NCBI GenBank assembly: GCA_965226055.1
Contig: CBDDCA010000005.1
Coordinates: forward strand, 320,001 to 384,000
Direction: 5' to 3'
Origin: Spirochaetia bacterium
GTDB taxonomy: Bacteria > Spirochaetota > Spirochaetia > WTKD01 > G963693115
DNA length: 64,000 nt
The notes beneath the pieces are model-generated. The model was not told the origin of the DNA. It worked only from the letters and a program-made list of their open reading frames with translations, and ran no database searches. Below, one piece after another: positions 50,801-62,171 of this stretch. The position numbers and the translations under genes were made by a program. Numbering within the stretch: position 1 is the stretch's first letter; the number at the start of each line of letters is the position of its first letter.

Positions 50801-53800
50801 ATTGTTCGCATGGTTGTAACATTACTTACGTCCCATTGCGATATATCTCCATTAAATTGCGATTGATAAAACATAGATCGCATGGTTGTAACATTACTTA
50901 CGTCCCATTGCGATATATCTCCATTAAATTTTTTCAAATCACCATAACTACTAAATAACTTATACATATCCGTGATATTCCCCGTATAGATGACATTCAA
51001 ATCAGCACTGTTATCATTAGGACTCCCATCATCATTGGTATCCATCACATCCTTTATCGCTGCTATCAACTCCGCTTTATTGGTAGGAGAGTAACTATAC
51101 TTTCCTGCTGCTACTGTCATGATAAATGGTATCTCATAGCTTTTGCTTGCATAGTCTCCTGTTCCACTAAAGAGCAGTGTATAGCTTTTTGTACTTTGTA
51201 CTTTTGTTGGACTCCCACTTATCGCTCCTGTACTTGCATCTAAGCTAAGCCCTATATCTGTTATGCTCGGAGAGATAGTATAACTCCCCACTGCCGTAGT
51301 AGGCAATTTCTTACTTACTGTTATTACCCCATCTGCTTCTATGGCTTTGCCTACAAACCCACTTATAGTACTGCTTTCGGTTCCTCCAACTGTAAGCACA
51401 AAATCGTAGAGCCATGTAGGTATGTTTTTATCAGAGAGTATCACTCCACTATTATCTGCGGTATTGAATATTTTATCAGTATTTACTGTTCTTTCTGCTA
51501 TATGTTCTCCCCATGCTTCTAAATCCTTATCAAAGGCTGTTGCCCCTTGAAACATTGACTCCATAGTAGTCACAACATCAACTGCCCAGCTTGATATATC
51601 TTGATTAAATGCTCCTGTTTCACTGAACATCTGTTTCATAGTAGCTACCTTGCTTACATTCCAATAGGATATGTCCTTATCAAATGCTGTGTTCTTATAG
51701 AACAGTAATTCCATATCTGCAACATTTCGAACATCCCATAGGGTTATATCATTGTTATACGCTGTTTCTCGAAACATCTCGTTCATAGTTGTGACATTCC
51801 TTACATCCCAGCCTGATATATCCCCTGCATATGATGATTTCTTAAACATATCATTCATATCTGTTATGTTCCCTACATCCCAACTTGTTATGTCTCCATT
51901 TTCTCCTGTAAACTTCGATTCTTCAAACATACTGTCCATCGTAGTTACATTACTTACATCCCAGCCCGATATATCCCCATTAAAATTTCTCAAGGCACTC
52001 TCATTAAATATCCCACTCATATCTGTTATATACCCTGTATATATGACATTCAAGTCTGCTGTATTCCCATCAGGGTTACCATCTCCATCAGCATCTGCTG
52101 CCATCACCGTTTTTATATCTGCTATCAAAGCTGCATTTGTTTTAGGGGTATAAGTATAAGCACTCACATCCTGTATCGTGAGAGTGAGAGGGGTACTTTT
52201 TTTCCTGCCAACATACCCTCCATTTCCTGTAAATGTTATGGTATACTCTTTTGTAGCCAATGCTACCGTAGGAGAACCACTTATCTCTCCAGTTGCTGTA
52301 TCAAATGTCAATCCTGTATCTGTAGTAAATGTATTGGGTACTACACTATAAGTTCCTGTTGCTGCTTTTGGTGTTTTGTCAATAGACAGAACAATATTTT
52401 TATCACTCGTAGTGAACACTTTCTTATTTACTGTAACGCCTGTATCTTTGTACACAAGAGTATATACCCATGATGGAATTTTTTCATCAGGTAAATGAGA
52501 AAATATACCTGTTATATCCAGTGATTTTCCTGATTCTGTTATCTCTGGTATATGCTCTCCCCATGCTTCTAAATCTTGATCAAACGATGTTGCACCATTA
52601 AACATTTTATACATAGTAGTGACTTTCTCAACATTCCACCCTGATATATTCTGATTAAAGACTTTTGATTGATAAAACATTGTCCGCATAGTAGTAACAT
52701 TACTTACATCCCAGCCCGATATATCCCCATTAAATGACGAATCCCAAAACATATGTTTCATATTACCAACACTACTTACATCCCATCTTGATATGTCTCC
52801 AGTAAATGGCGTTTCAATAAACATTGCTTCCATATTAGTAACATTACTTACATCCCAGCCCGATATATCCCCATTAAATTGCGCATAGGCAAACATAAAG
52901 TACATAGTAGTAACATTACTTACATCCCATTTTGATATATCCCCATTAAATGGTGCATAGGCAAACATTATTGCCATATTAGTAACATTACTTACATCCC
53001 AGCCCGATATATCCCCATTAAATGACGAACCACGAAACATAGATCCCATATAAGTAACATTACTTACATCCCATTTTGATATATCCTCATTAAATTTCGA
53101 TTTATAAAACATAGATCCCATAGTAGTAACATTACTTACATCCCAGCCCGATATATCCCCATTAAAATTTCTCAAGGCACTCTCATTAAATATCCTACTC
53201 ATATCCGTGATATTCCCCGTATAGATGACATTCAAATCGGCACTGTTATCATCTGGCGTCCCATCACCGTTTATATCCATTACCTTTTTTATTGCTGCTA
53301 TCAATTCTGTTTTGTTATTAGGAAAATACGCATATTTCCCTTGATTTGACTTTACCTCTAATAAAAATGGGATAACAAGACTCTTGCCTTGAAACTTAGC
53401 GTCTCCAGTAAAAGTAATTGTATATGCTTTTTTTGCTACTTCTTGCGTTGCTATTCCTTTTATTATTCCCTTTTGTGCATCAAATGATAATCCTGTATCT
53501 GCACTAAGTGTATTGGGTGCTATACTATATTGTCCTGTCGCATGTGATGGAAATTGCTTTTTAATCCTCACTACTATGTTTTGATATTGCAACACAGTAA
53601 TATCGTTTATTCTTGCTTCTTGATATATCACATCAAACACATATGCCCATGTAGGTATCTTTTCATCAGACACACTAGCACTATCAAATATATCTGTTTT
53701 ATCTACTGTCCTTCCTGCTATATGCTCTCCCCATGCTTCCAAATCTTGATCAAACGCTTTTGTTGAATTAAACATATTCTCCATAGTAGTTACCGCATCA

Positions 53801-55226
53801 ACTGCCCAGCCTGATATATCCTGATTAAAGGCAGTCGCTCCTTCAAACATACCATCCATAGTGGTAACTTTCTTTACATCCCAATTTGATATATTTCCAT
53901 TAAATCGCGATCCACGAAACATCTCTTTCATTTCTCTTACATTACTGACATCCCAACTTGATATGTCCCCAGTAAATTGTGAGTCACGAAACATACTATT
54001 CATTTCTCTCACATTACTTACATCCCAGCCTGATATATTTCCAGTAAACTTTGATCCTCGAAACATCTCATTCATATATTTCACTTTACTGACATCCCAG
54101 CCCGATATATCTCCAGTAAAATGTTTCAACATACTATCATTAAATATACCACTCATATCCGTAATAGCACTGACATCAATGCTATTGAGATCTGCTGTAG
54201 CATTATCAATAATCCCATTCCCATCAGCATCTACTATCACTTTTATGAGTGCTATCAGCTCTGCTTTTGTCTTAGGTTGTGTCGAATAATCCTTCACTGA
54301 TACCGATACAGCTGCTTGCACATTTTTATTTACTGCTTTATCAAATTCTCCTGTCCCATTAAAAGTAACAGTAAACCTGTGAGGACTTCCTTTTGTTATC
54401 GTCTTAAGGTCTCCTGCATTTGCTGTTATTGTCCCTGTCGTACCATCAAAATTCATCCCTGTTGGAAGTACATCTCTCCCTACTAACACTGGGAGTAATG
54501 CAAATGTTCCTGTTGTTGTTACTGGCCACCGAGTGATAGACACATTCACTGCCCGTCCTACTATTGCTACTACTACCTTTGGCTCTAACAGCACCTCTAA
54601 TGTCAACCATCTGGGATCCTCAGTAACTCCCGAATTCTTAAATACATCTTTACTCACTTTACTTACCGCAGGTGCTACTGCCCATTGCTTCAGATCCTGA
54701 GTAAAAGCAGCTGTTCCTTCAAACATGCTGTTAATCTGTTTTACATTACTTACATCCCAGCCTGATATATCCCCATTAAATTTGGTCGCTCCCTTAAACA
54801 TAGTATTCATGTTTGTTACTTTGCTTACATCCCACCTTGATATCCCTCCACGAAACCCTGTCACTCCTTCAAACATACCACTCATATTTGTTACATGGCT
54901 TACATCCCACTCCGACACATTGCCACTAAAGGTAGGAAACTGCACAAACAAATTACTCATATCAGAAACCTTACTTACATCTATATCGTTTAAGTCTGCT
55001 GCCTTGTCTTTACTCAACCGCTCAGAGATAAGCTGTAATAATTGTTCTTTTGAGCTAGGTTGTACCTTTCCTCCTCCCCCTCCTGGAGCAGGAGAAGATC
55101 CTCCACCAGAGCCCCCTCCTGGAGCTTCACAACCCAATAGTAGTAGTACTAGTATCAATAGTAGCATTACCCCCCCCCCCCCCATATATACAGATTGCTA
55201 TGTATAAACAAATTATTTTTTCTCAT
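47803..55226 (-). CDS. Giant BspA/DUF285 lipoprotein: seven LRR blocks and five putative Ig-like spacers; frameshifted at G14 (about 2474 aa when in frame)
   Basis: AAGGAG 55233-55238, ATG 55226, G14, lipobox LLGC, 24-aa FNGDISGWDVSNVTxMxxMF repeats, spacers with GL(S/T)(F/L)DxxTGxIxG. The track ORF begins at 55185. Confidence 0.88.
55170..55183 (-). repeat. Poly-G tract (G14) in the signal-peptide coding region
   Basis: 14 C on the plus strand; G12 or G15 restores the frame from ATG 55226. Confidence 0.92.
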
Positions 55227-55500
55227 ATGTATCTCCTTACTTTTTTTTTCAAAAATATTCAATATTGTATATAATAAACTATATTACATAATATTACAAT
55301 ACTGTTTCTGCGATTACACAGAAATCAATGAGGAATATAAAAAGCAACAGAAAGGAAAAAAAATAATAAAAAAGTTTGAAATTAAGATTAAAGGGATACA
55401 ATGTACATAATTCCCTTTTCCTCTTCCATAGATACAATACAACAAATACAATATTTTGCTATAATACCACATAGGAAAACAAAGAAATTATTATAAACAT

Positions 55501-56280
55501 ATGCAATACATCAGTAACATCAAAAAACATATATCACAGTTCTTTTTTACTATTGGAGACTTTACTATATTCTCCTTCAAAGCATTTAAGGCTCTGTTTA
55601 CTCCGCCATTTCGAGTAAAGCTCATCATTGATCAGCTCATGCATACTGGCATTGCCTCCATCAGTGTTATAGCTATTTCTAGTATAGCTATTGGCATGAT
55701 TTTTACATTACAGCTTGCCATCGAACTTGAAAAATTCAACAGTGCTGTACTCGTAGGCAACATTATAGGACAAGTATTCAGCAAAGAGCTAAGTCCTGTA
55801 TTTACTGCTTTGATGCTCATTGGAAAAAACGGATCTGCTATGACTGCAGAACTAGGAACTATGCATATTAGTGATCAAATATATGCTATGAAAACGATGT
55901 CTGTAGATCCAATACAATACCTCGTACCTCCACGCCTTATTGCGTGTATGTGGATGTTTCCGTTACTTTCTGCTCTTTCTACTCTTGTAGGATTAGGGGG
56001 AGCATCGTTTGTAGCATTTTATTTACTGAACATTGATAAAGCATCAACAATAGATTACATGTTCAAATCAATTACTCCTTTTGATATTATCATGGGAGTA
56101 TTTAAGTGTTTCCTTATGTCTATTTTTATTTGTCTTATATGTTGTTATCTAGGAATGTCCGATAAACGAAACTCTAATGATGTTGCAAAACAAACCACAA
56201 ATGCTGTGGTAATATCATCATTAACTATACTTATATTAGATTTTATATTAGGAAAACTTATCCTTTTAATAAATATATAA
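55501..56280 (+). CDS. mlaE: MlaE-family ABC permease
   Basis: KELSPVFTAL, GSAMTAELGTM, QIYAM, YLVPPR, TTNAVV. Confidence 0.9.
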   Translation: MQYISNIKKHISQFFFTIGDFTIFSFKAFKALFTPPFRVKLIIDQLMHTGIASISVIAISSIAIGMIFTLQLAIELEKFNSAVLVGNIIGQVFSKELSPVFTALMLIGKNGSAMTAELGTMHISDQIYAMKTMSVDPIQYLVPPRLIACMWMFPLLSALSTLVGLGGASFVAFYLLNIDKASTIDYMFKSITPFDIIMGVFKCFLMSIFICLICCYLGMSDKRNSNDVAKQTTNAVVISSLTILILDFILGKLILLINI

Positions 56281-56293
56281 CTAAGAGATTTAT

Positions 56294-57043
56294 ATGAATG
56301 ACCAAGGCTTTCTAACCATAAAAAATCTTCGCAAATCTTTTGGAAACAAACATATTCTTGATGATATATCGCTTTCCATTAAAAAAAATAGTGTCACTAC
56401 TATTTTTGGAAAAAGTGGTGAAGGAAAAAGCGTACTATTAAAATGCATCGTGGGAATACTCACTGCTGATAGCGGAAATATATTATATAAAAATCATGAT
56501 ATTCGAGAGAAGAAAAAAGAAAATGCTCATATCCTTCAAGATTTTGCGTACTTATTTCAAGAATCTGCATTATTTGATTCATTGACTGTATTTGAAAATG
56601 TTGCATTTCCTTTACGAGAATGTCTAAAAATAAAACAAAAAGCACGCATATCAACCATAGTAGAAGAGTTATTAGAAAGTGTAAGTATAAGAAATAGCAA
56701 TACTAACTATCCATCCAATCTCAGTGGAGGAATGAAAAAAAGGGTAGCGCTTGCAAGACTTCTTGCTCTAAAACCAAAGATAATGCTTTGCGATGAACCA
56801 ACGACTGGACTAGACCCTGTTACTGGGAAAGCTATTACTGAGCTTATTGTAAAGCAAGCAAAAGAACATAATATTACCTGTATCATTATTTCACATGACA
56901 TAAATATAGCATTAGCATATACTGATACTGTGGCTTTTTTAGAAAATGGAAAAATAAGCTATTATGGAAACAAAGAAGGTATGTATACCAGCAACAGTGC
57001 ATTAGCACAACAATTTCTAGATATAGCTATGAATTTAAAATAA
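56294..57043 (+). CDS. mlaF: MlaF-family ABC ATPase
   Basis: GKSGEGKS, FQESALFDSL, LSGGMKKRVALAR, DEPTTGLDP, ISHD. Confidence 0.9.
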   Translation: MNDQGFLTIKNLRKSFGNKHILDDISLSIKKNSVTTIFGKSGEGKSVLLKCIVGILTADSGNILYKNHDIREKKKENAHILQDFAYLFQESALFDSLTVFENVAFPLRECLKIKQKARISTIVEELLESVSIRNSNTNYPSNLSGGMKKRVALARLLALKPKIMLCDEPTTGLDPVTGKAITELIVKQAKEHNITCIIISHDINIALAYTDTVAFLENGKISYYGNKEGMYTSNSALAQQFLDIAMNLK

Positions 57044-57061
57044 AGAAGGAAGGATAAGATA

Positions 57062-58498
57062 TTGAAAAAATCAATTATCATAATAGGCATTTTCTCTACA
57101 GGAGTAATAGTTTTTTTTACTCTTTTTATTATTCAATCAAGTAATTTAGTAGGGACAGAAAGTTATGAAATATCTGCTGAACTAAGCAATGCAGATGGAA
57201 TTATAAGAGAAACAACAGTCAAGATTGCTGGAGTAGATGTAGGAAAGGTCAAAGAATTACTATTACAAACAGATAATCATGTACTCCTTACCATAGAGTT
57301 AGATGGTAAGGTAAGCATCCCTATAGATTCTACAATACAAAAAAAACCACTTGGCATTCTTGGATCATCTTTTTTAGAGATTGTTCCAGGAACAGCTCAA
57401 ATAAATATTAGTGAAGGAGGTACATTACAAAGTACTAATGAGGCAAGTTTGATAGATACATTAGGAGATTCAGCAGGAAGTATCAGTGAAGATATAGAAA
57501 GCATAACAGATACAGTAGATACCTACTTAAAACAAAGCGATATTCTTGAAAAAATAGATAGTATAGCATCAGAATTAAATACTACTGTAATATACATGAA
57601 CACATTATTAGAAACAGTACAAAAAAGTGTAGAAAACAACACTACATCCATTGGCGCAATTATTACTGCAACAGCACAGATAACAAATGCACTTGAGTAT
57701 CTTATAGTGCAAGACAAACAATCATCAAATGATGATTTATCTCAAACATTACTTGCTATCCGAAATACGCTTGTTAATATAGAAGAAATTACAGGTAAAA
57801 TAAACAATGGAGAAGGAACCATAGGAAAATTGATAAATGACGAAGAGTTATACGATAACATCAATGAAACTGCAAGTAAACTAGATACTGCCGTTGATTC
57901 TATAAACAAGGTAGTAAATCCAGCAGCTCAATTAACAACAACCCTTGATTATAGAGTAGAAAATCTCATATCAGAAAACGCTCAGTATACTCCAAAACAG
58001 CATGTTAATCTTCAGTTTGCAATACCCAGTACTTACAGAGAATACAAAGTTGGTATTGCCTATGGTGGCGGAGAAAATCTTACTGATAATACATCCTACC
58101 CTTCTTTATCAGACAGTAATATAAAATTAAATCTCACTATCGGACAAGGGGTCTATAAAGATTATATCGTATTGCATGGAGGAGTTATAGAAAATACAGG
58201 TGGCTTTAGAGTTGATATACGCCCTATAAAAGAATGGGAAATTTCATCAGAGGTATATAATTTTGGCACACAAAATGGAGCAAATATCAGAGCCTTTACT
58301 CAAGTAAAGCCGTTTATATATTTAGAGAATAAGAAAAACCCTCTCAGCTGGCTGTATGTCAATGGTGGAGTAGACGATATACTTAATAGCTATACTCGAA
58401 CCTATTTTGTAGGAATAGGACTACACCTTGTTGACAATTTCTTTCACGAAGCTACTACAGTACTGCCTGTAGCTAACACAATACAACAACTGCCATAA
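57062..58498 (+). CDS. mlaD: Long MlaD/MCE protein with helical region and beta-rich C-terminus
   Basis: N-terminal TM, VKIAGVDVGKV, GILGSSFLEIVPG, GEGTIGKLINDEELY. Confidence 0.85.
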   Translation: MKKSIIIIGIFSTGVIVFFTLFIIQSSNLVGTESYEISAELSNADGIIRETTVKIAGVDVGKVKELLLQTDNHVLLTIELDGKVSIPIDSTIQKKPLGILGSSFLEIVPGTAQINISEGGTLQSTNEASLIDTLGDSAGSISEDIESITDTVDTYLKQSDILEKIDSIASELNTTVIYMNTLLETVQKSVENNTTSIGAIITATAQITNALEYLIVQDKQSSNDDLSQTLLAIRNTLVNIEEITGKINNGEGTIGKLINDEELYDNINETASKLDTAVDSINKVVNPAAQLTTTLDYRVENLISENAQYTPKQHVNLQFAIPSTYREYKVGIAYGGGENLTDNTSYPSLSDSNIKLNLTIGQGVYKDYIVLHGGVIENTGGFRVDIRPIKEWEISSEVYNFGTQNGANIRAFTQVKPFIYLENKKNPLSWLYVNGGVDDILNSYTRTYFVGIGLHLVDNFFHEATTVLPVANTIQQLP

Positions 58499-58503
58499 AA
58501 ACA

Positions 58504-59790
58504 CTAATCAATAACAAACAATCCTTGCGAAATAATTGCTTCTTCATTTTTTATCGTTTTGTACGCTATATCAGATTCTTCGTCTTCATTGTAATAGACT
58601 CCATATACTGATAATTTTTCATAACCAATCGTAAAATCTTCATGACTACAGCTTACATTACATCCAATAGACAACAGCTCTTCTTTTTCTTTCTTATCGT
58701 CATGACCAAAACCGTACCCTGTAGTATACGCAGCTCCCAACGCAAAATGAACACCAGCATTTTCATCAAACAAAATATTATTGAACACAATGCCTGATTT
58801 CCACACAAGTGAGTGAGTATCAACAAGTGCTATCTCCCCAAGATATTGATTGCGTTCATCAGCATGTAAAAAACTTTGAAGCGCATCATTCCCTGATTGA
58901 GCAGATGCAGAAACTACTTTTCCTTGACTAAATGTCATAGTAATACCGTCAATAGTCTTTCCAAATATTTCAATAGGTCGTTGTACTGTTACAGTACCAT
59001 GACTGTATCGACAATCGGGGGAAGTATATGTTTCTTCAGTGGGAACATTTGCTTGAAAACGTTTTCCATTAGAGCTAGTGTGTACCGCTCCTGACCATAT
59101 ACTCCGTTTATTAAGTGAAACAAACCAATTAGTACCTTCGCCTACAAAATGCAAGGCATGATATTTTTTATTATCAAGATATTGTTTTCTTTTTTGTATA
59201 CGACTAATTTTTTCTTCCCATGCGGTAATACAGTCATCCTTGTCTAACATAAGTATGTTACGCATATGTTCCCATAACTTTTTTCCTGCTGAGATAGGAT
59301 CTAAATGAGGAAATATATTTTTTCCCCATACCAATGTAGGATATGCAGTAACTATCCATGTAAACCTATCACTGATTACTCCTTCATGAAAATGCTTTAC
59401 GGTATTTTGATATGTTCTGTGCAATACCGATAATGCCTCTGCTGAAACTGCATTGCTTATATCTTTTTCAAGAGGACTACGCAATGAAATAACACAGGCT
59501 TTCATATCACTGTATTCGTTAAGGGTATCTTTTATATTATTGGGAAGGTATTCAAGATATTCTGTACGAGAATACTGTGCTCGAAGCAGCTGAAGATACT
59601 GATCTTTTATAGATACCGCAACATACTTTGCTCCTTTTTGATATGCTTTTTGAACAAGCGTATAGACCATCTGTTCATACCCAAACTGAGTATTGATAAG
59701 AACAACATCATCTTTATCGACTGCTAAAAGATGCAATATAAGATCTGCATATTTTTCCCTCTCTATAGGTGGTACTATGTCTTGTATCAT
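58504..59790 (-). CDS. Aminopeptidase (M29/AmpS family)
   Basis: EKYADL, ANVPTEETYTSP, YLGEIALV, LFDENA..HFALG, SHEDF. Confidence 0.9.
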   Translation of the reverse strand: MIQDIVPPIEREKYADLILHLLAVDKDDVVLINTQFGYEQMVYTLVQKAYQKGAKYVAVSIKDQYLQLLRAQYSRTEYLEYLPNNIKDTLNEYSDMKACVISLRSPLEKDISNAVSAEALSVLHRTYQNTVKHFHEGVISDRFTWIVTAYPTLVWGKNIFPHLDPISAGKKLWEHMRNILMLDKDDCITAWEEKISRIQKRKQYLDNKKYHALHFVGEGTNWFVSLNKRSIWSGAVHTSSNGKRFQANVPTEETYTSPDCRYSHGTVTVQRPIEIFGKTIDGITMTFSQGKVVSASAQSGNDALQSFLHADERNQYLGEIALVDTHSLVWKSGIVFNNILFDENAGVHFALGAAYTTGYGFGHDDKKEKEELLSIGCNVSCSHEDFTIGYEKLSVYGVYYNEDEESDIAYKTIKNEEAIISQGLFVID

Positions 59791-59857
59791 GCTTTTTTTA
59801 CCTCACAATAATAGCATTCAATATATATACTTATATATAGCTTATGTGTAATACTGC

Positions 59858-60325
59858 TTACTTTTTTATTTCATCAATTTGCTGCGATAAAGAAGCTTGA
59901 TCAATAATAGCCAGTGCAGCAGAATACCCTGCGTTTCCATGTTTTATGCCTGCTCTGTTTAAGGCTTGTTCTACAGTATGGGTAGTGAGTACCCCAAAAC
60001 TTATTGGAATACTGCTCTCACGTGCTATTGCAGCAATAGAAGATGCGGTATTTGACGCAACATAATCATAATGATCTGTATCTCCCTTAATCACTGCTCC
60101 AAGACAACATATTCCATGATAAAGGTTCTTTTTTGATAGCTTATTAGCAATAAAAGCAAGTTCCATAGAGCCAGGCACCCAAAAAATATCAGGGGCATTT
60201 CCTTCATGCTGTTCTATACATTGCTTTGCTCCTGCAAGAAGTTTTTCAGTAATGAGTGAGTTAAAACTAGCAACAACAATAGCAAATTGCTTTCCTTTAG
60301 CACTTAATGTTCCACTATATTCCAT
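59858..60325 (-). CDS. ribH: 6,7-dimethyl-8-ribityllumazine synthase
   Basis: FNSLIT, WVPGSMEL, LGAVIKGDTDHYDYV, FGVLT, QALNRAG. Confidence 0.95.
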   Translation of the reverse strand: MEYSGTLSAKGKQFAIVVASFNSLITEKLLAGAKQCIEQHEGNAPDIFWVPGSMELAFIANKLSKKNLYHGICCLGAVIKGDTDHYDYVASNTASSIAAIARESSIPISFGVLTTHTVEQALNRAGIKHGNAGYSAALAIIDQASLSQQIDEIKK

Positions 60326-60459
60326 TGTTTCTTTCCTTTTTGTCTATTACTTTACCTGTATTTTCTATTATTATATATGCTTTCTATCATATGGCTTTCC
60401 ATTCTATGTTTCTTACCCATAAAAGATCGTATACCCATATATAAAGTATAGCAAATAAC

Positions 60460-61077
60460 TTATACATGTTGTATATAGGATAATAGATCTTCTATGTGAA
60501 GTAGCACAAGACCATGCTCTTTTGCAATATGTTCAAGCTGTGCCATGCTTGCTGCAAAGCCATCTTTGTTAAGTATCTCACAAATAGCAGCTACTGGTCT
60601 GTGTCCAGCTTGCCGTACCAGCTCTATAGATGCTTCGGTATGCCCTGCTCTTGATTGTACTCCCTCTTTATGTGCAACAATGGGAAATATATGTCCCGGT
60701 CGAGCTAAATCTTGTGGCACTGTGCGTGCATCTGCAAGCGTGTTTATAGTAATAGCTCTATCACGTGCTGATACTCCCGTAGTAGTACCTGCAACAGCAT
60801 CTACACTTACAGTAAAGGCAGTATGATGTAAAGAGGTATTATTATTGACTTGCATATCAAGAGAGAGGCTTTGTGCTATCTCAGAAGAAAGAGGACAGCA
60901 CAACAATCCTTTTCCTTCAGTAATCATAAAGTTTACACTTTGAGTATTTACCATTTGAGCAGATTGTACAAAGTCACCTTCATTTTCTCTGTCTACATTA
61001 TCAAATAAGATAACTATCTTGCCTTGTTTTATATCTGCTATTGCTTGTTCAACTATTTCTTTTTTTCGTATTTCCAT
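60460..61077 (-). CDS. ribB: 3,4-dihydroxy-2-butanone-4-phosphate synthase (stand-alone)
   Basis: DRENEGD, TAFTVSVD, TTGVSARDRA, RPGHIFP, RAGHTEA. Confidence 0.95.
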   Translation of the reverse strand: MEIRKKEIVEQAIADIKQGKIVILFDNVDRENEGDFVQSAQMVNTQSVNFMITEGKGLLCCPLSSEIAQSLSLDMQVNNNTSLHHTAFTVSVDAVAGTTTGVSARDRAITINTLADARTVPQDLARPGHIFPIVAHKEGVQSRAGHTEASIELVRQAGHRPVAAICEILNKDGFAASMAQLEHIAKEHGLVLLHIEDLLSYIQHV

Positions 61078-61092
61078 AAGCTCTGTATTTAA

Positions 61093-61791
61093 TTATACTC
61101 TTTTATTGATAACATTGTTATAATGTGATACTACCATGTTGCTAACATGCTTTATTATCATATCGGGTTCTATGTTTATTGCATCCCCTTGTTTTCTATA
61201 TTGTAGAGTTGTATGATGATATGTATGAGGAATAATGTTGACAATAATAGTTTGTGCCTGCGTGTCTATATACGCAATGGTAAGGCTTATTCCATCCAGT
61301 GTCACCGATCCTTCAGGACACATATATTGCATCATTGATTGCGACATGTGTATACTATAAAAATAATTTTTTTCAGAATATGGCAATTCTTTCGTCTGCT
61401 GTTGCTCTTTTGCATCCTTGCTATATGTGTCTTCTTTTTTATGAGTGATAGCCGTAATAGTCCCTGTAGACTCCACATGCCCAAGCACAAAATGCCCTCC
61501 TAAAGAATCTCCTACCTTAAGAGATAGCTCCAAGTTTACATAATCATGTGTTTGTAACAGAGAGAGGTTTGTTTTTTCCTCACTACTGTATAATACCTCT
61601 ACAGTAAAAGTTCCATATAAACGAGAATATGTTACCACAGTAAGACATACCCCATTTACTGCTACAGAGTCTCCTTTTCGAATTCTTTTACTAATATATC
61701 TTGACTTGATAACTAAGCGTCTGTATTTTCCTTCTTCCTTTATGTCTACCGACAGTACCGTACCTATATCAACCACTAATCCTGTAAACAT
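61093..61791 (-). CDS. ribE: Riboflavin synthase
   Basis: MFTGL, GDSVAVNGVCLTV, GGHFVLGHV, DGISLTI, IIPHT. Confidence 0.95.
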   Translation of the reverse strand: MFTGLVVDIGTVLSVDIKEEGKYRRLVIKSRYISKRIRKGDSVAVNGVCLTVVTYSRLYGTFTVEVLYSSEEKTNLSLLQTHDYVNLELSLKVGDSLGGHFVLGHVESTGTITAITHKKEDTYSKDAKEQQQTKELPYSEKNYFYSIHMSQSMMQYMCPEGSVTLDGISLTIAYIDTQAQTIIVNIIPHTYHHTTLQYRKQGDAINIEPDMIIKHVSNMVVSHYNNVINKRV

Positions 61792-61887
61792 AGCTCCTCC
61801 TATAGTAATTGTAGCATTTTCTTATTATAATGGCTTTGGAAAATATAAGCTGTAAACTAATAATTCAATTTATGCGATAATATAAAT

Positions 61888-62130
61888 ATGAAAAAAGAAA
61901 CAAAAAATAGAGATGATGATTCACTTGATACTCCAGTAACTAAATATGATTTGTTGCTAGAAAAAATGAACAGTATAAGCACAAATTTAGAAGAAAAAAT
62001 GAACAGTACGAGCACAAAACTAGAAGAAAAAATAAACAGCTTGAGCAATAGTATAAAAACTATTTATTGGATTATGGGAATAAACTTTGCAACCATGTTC
62101 GCTGGATTCACTTTACTCTACAATAAATAA
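61888..62130 (+). CDS. Small Bdr/DUF1640-like coiled-coil protein with C-terminal TM anchor
   Basis: PVTKYDL, three 11-aa (33-bp) EK(M/I)NS repeats, then WIMGINFATMFAGFTLL. Confidence 0.65.
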   Translation: MKKETKNRDDDSLDTPVTKYDLLLEKMNSISTNLEEKMNSTSTKLEEKINSLSNSIKTIYWIMGINFATMFAGFTLLYNK

Positions 62131-62171
62131 AAAATCTCTAATTTTCATTAAATAGATCAGCCTCTTCTTTT

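Noticed and set aside
47900-55000. Regular 72-bp repeats as a CRISPR array
   Set aside because: They lie in frame within one ORF, encode DUF285 repeats, degenerate by codon, and no cas genes are present.
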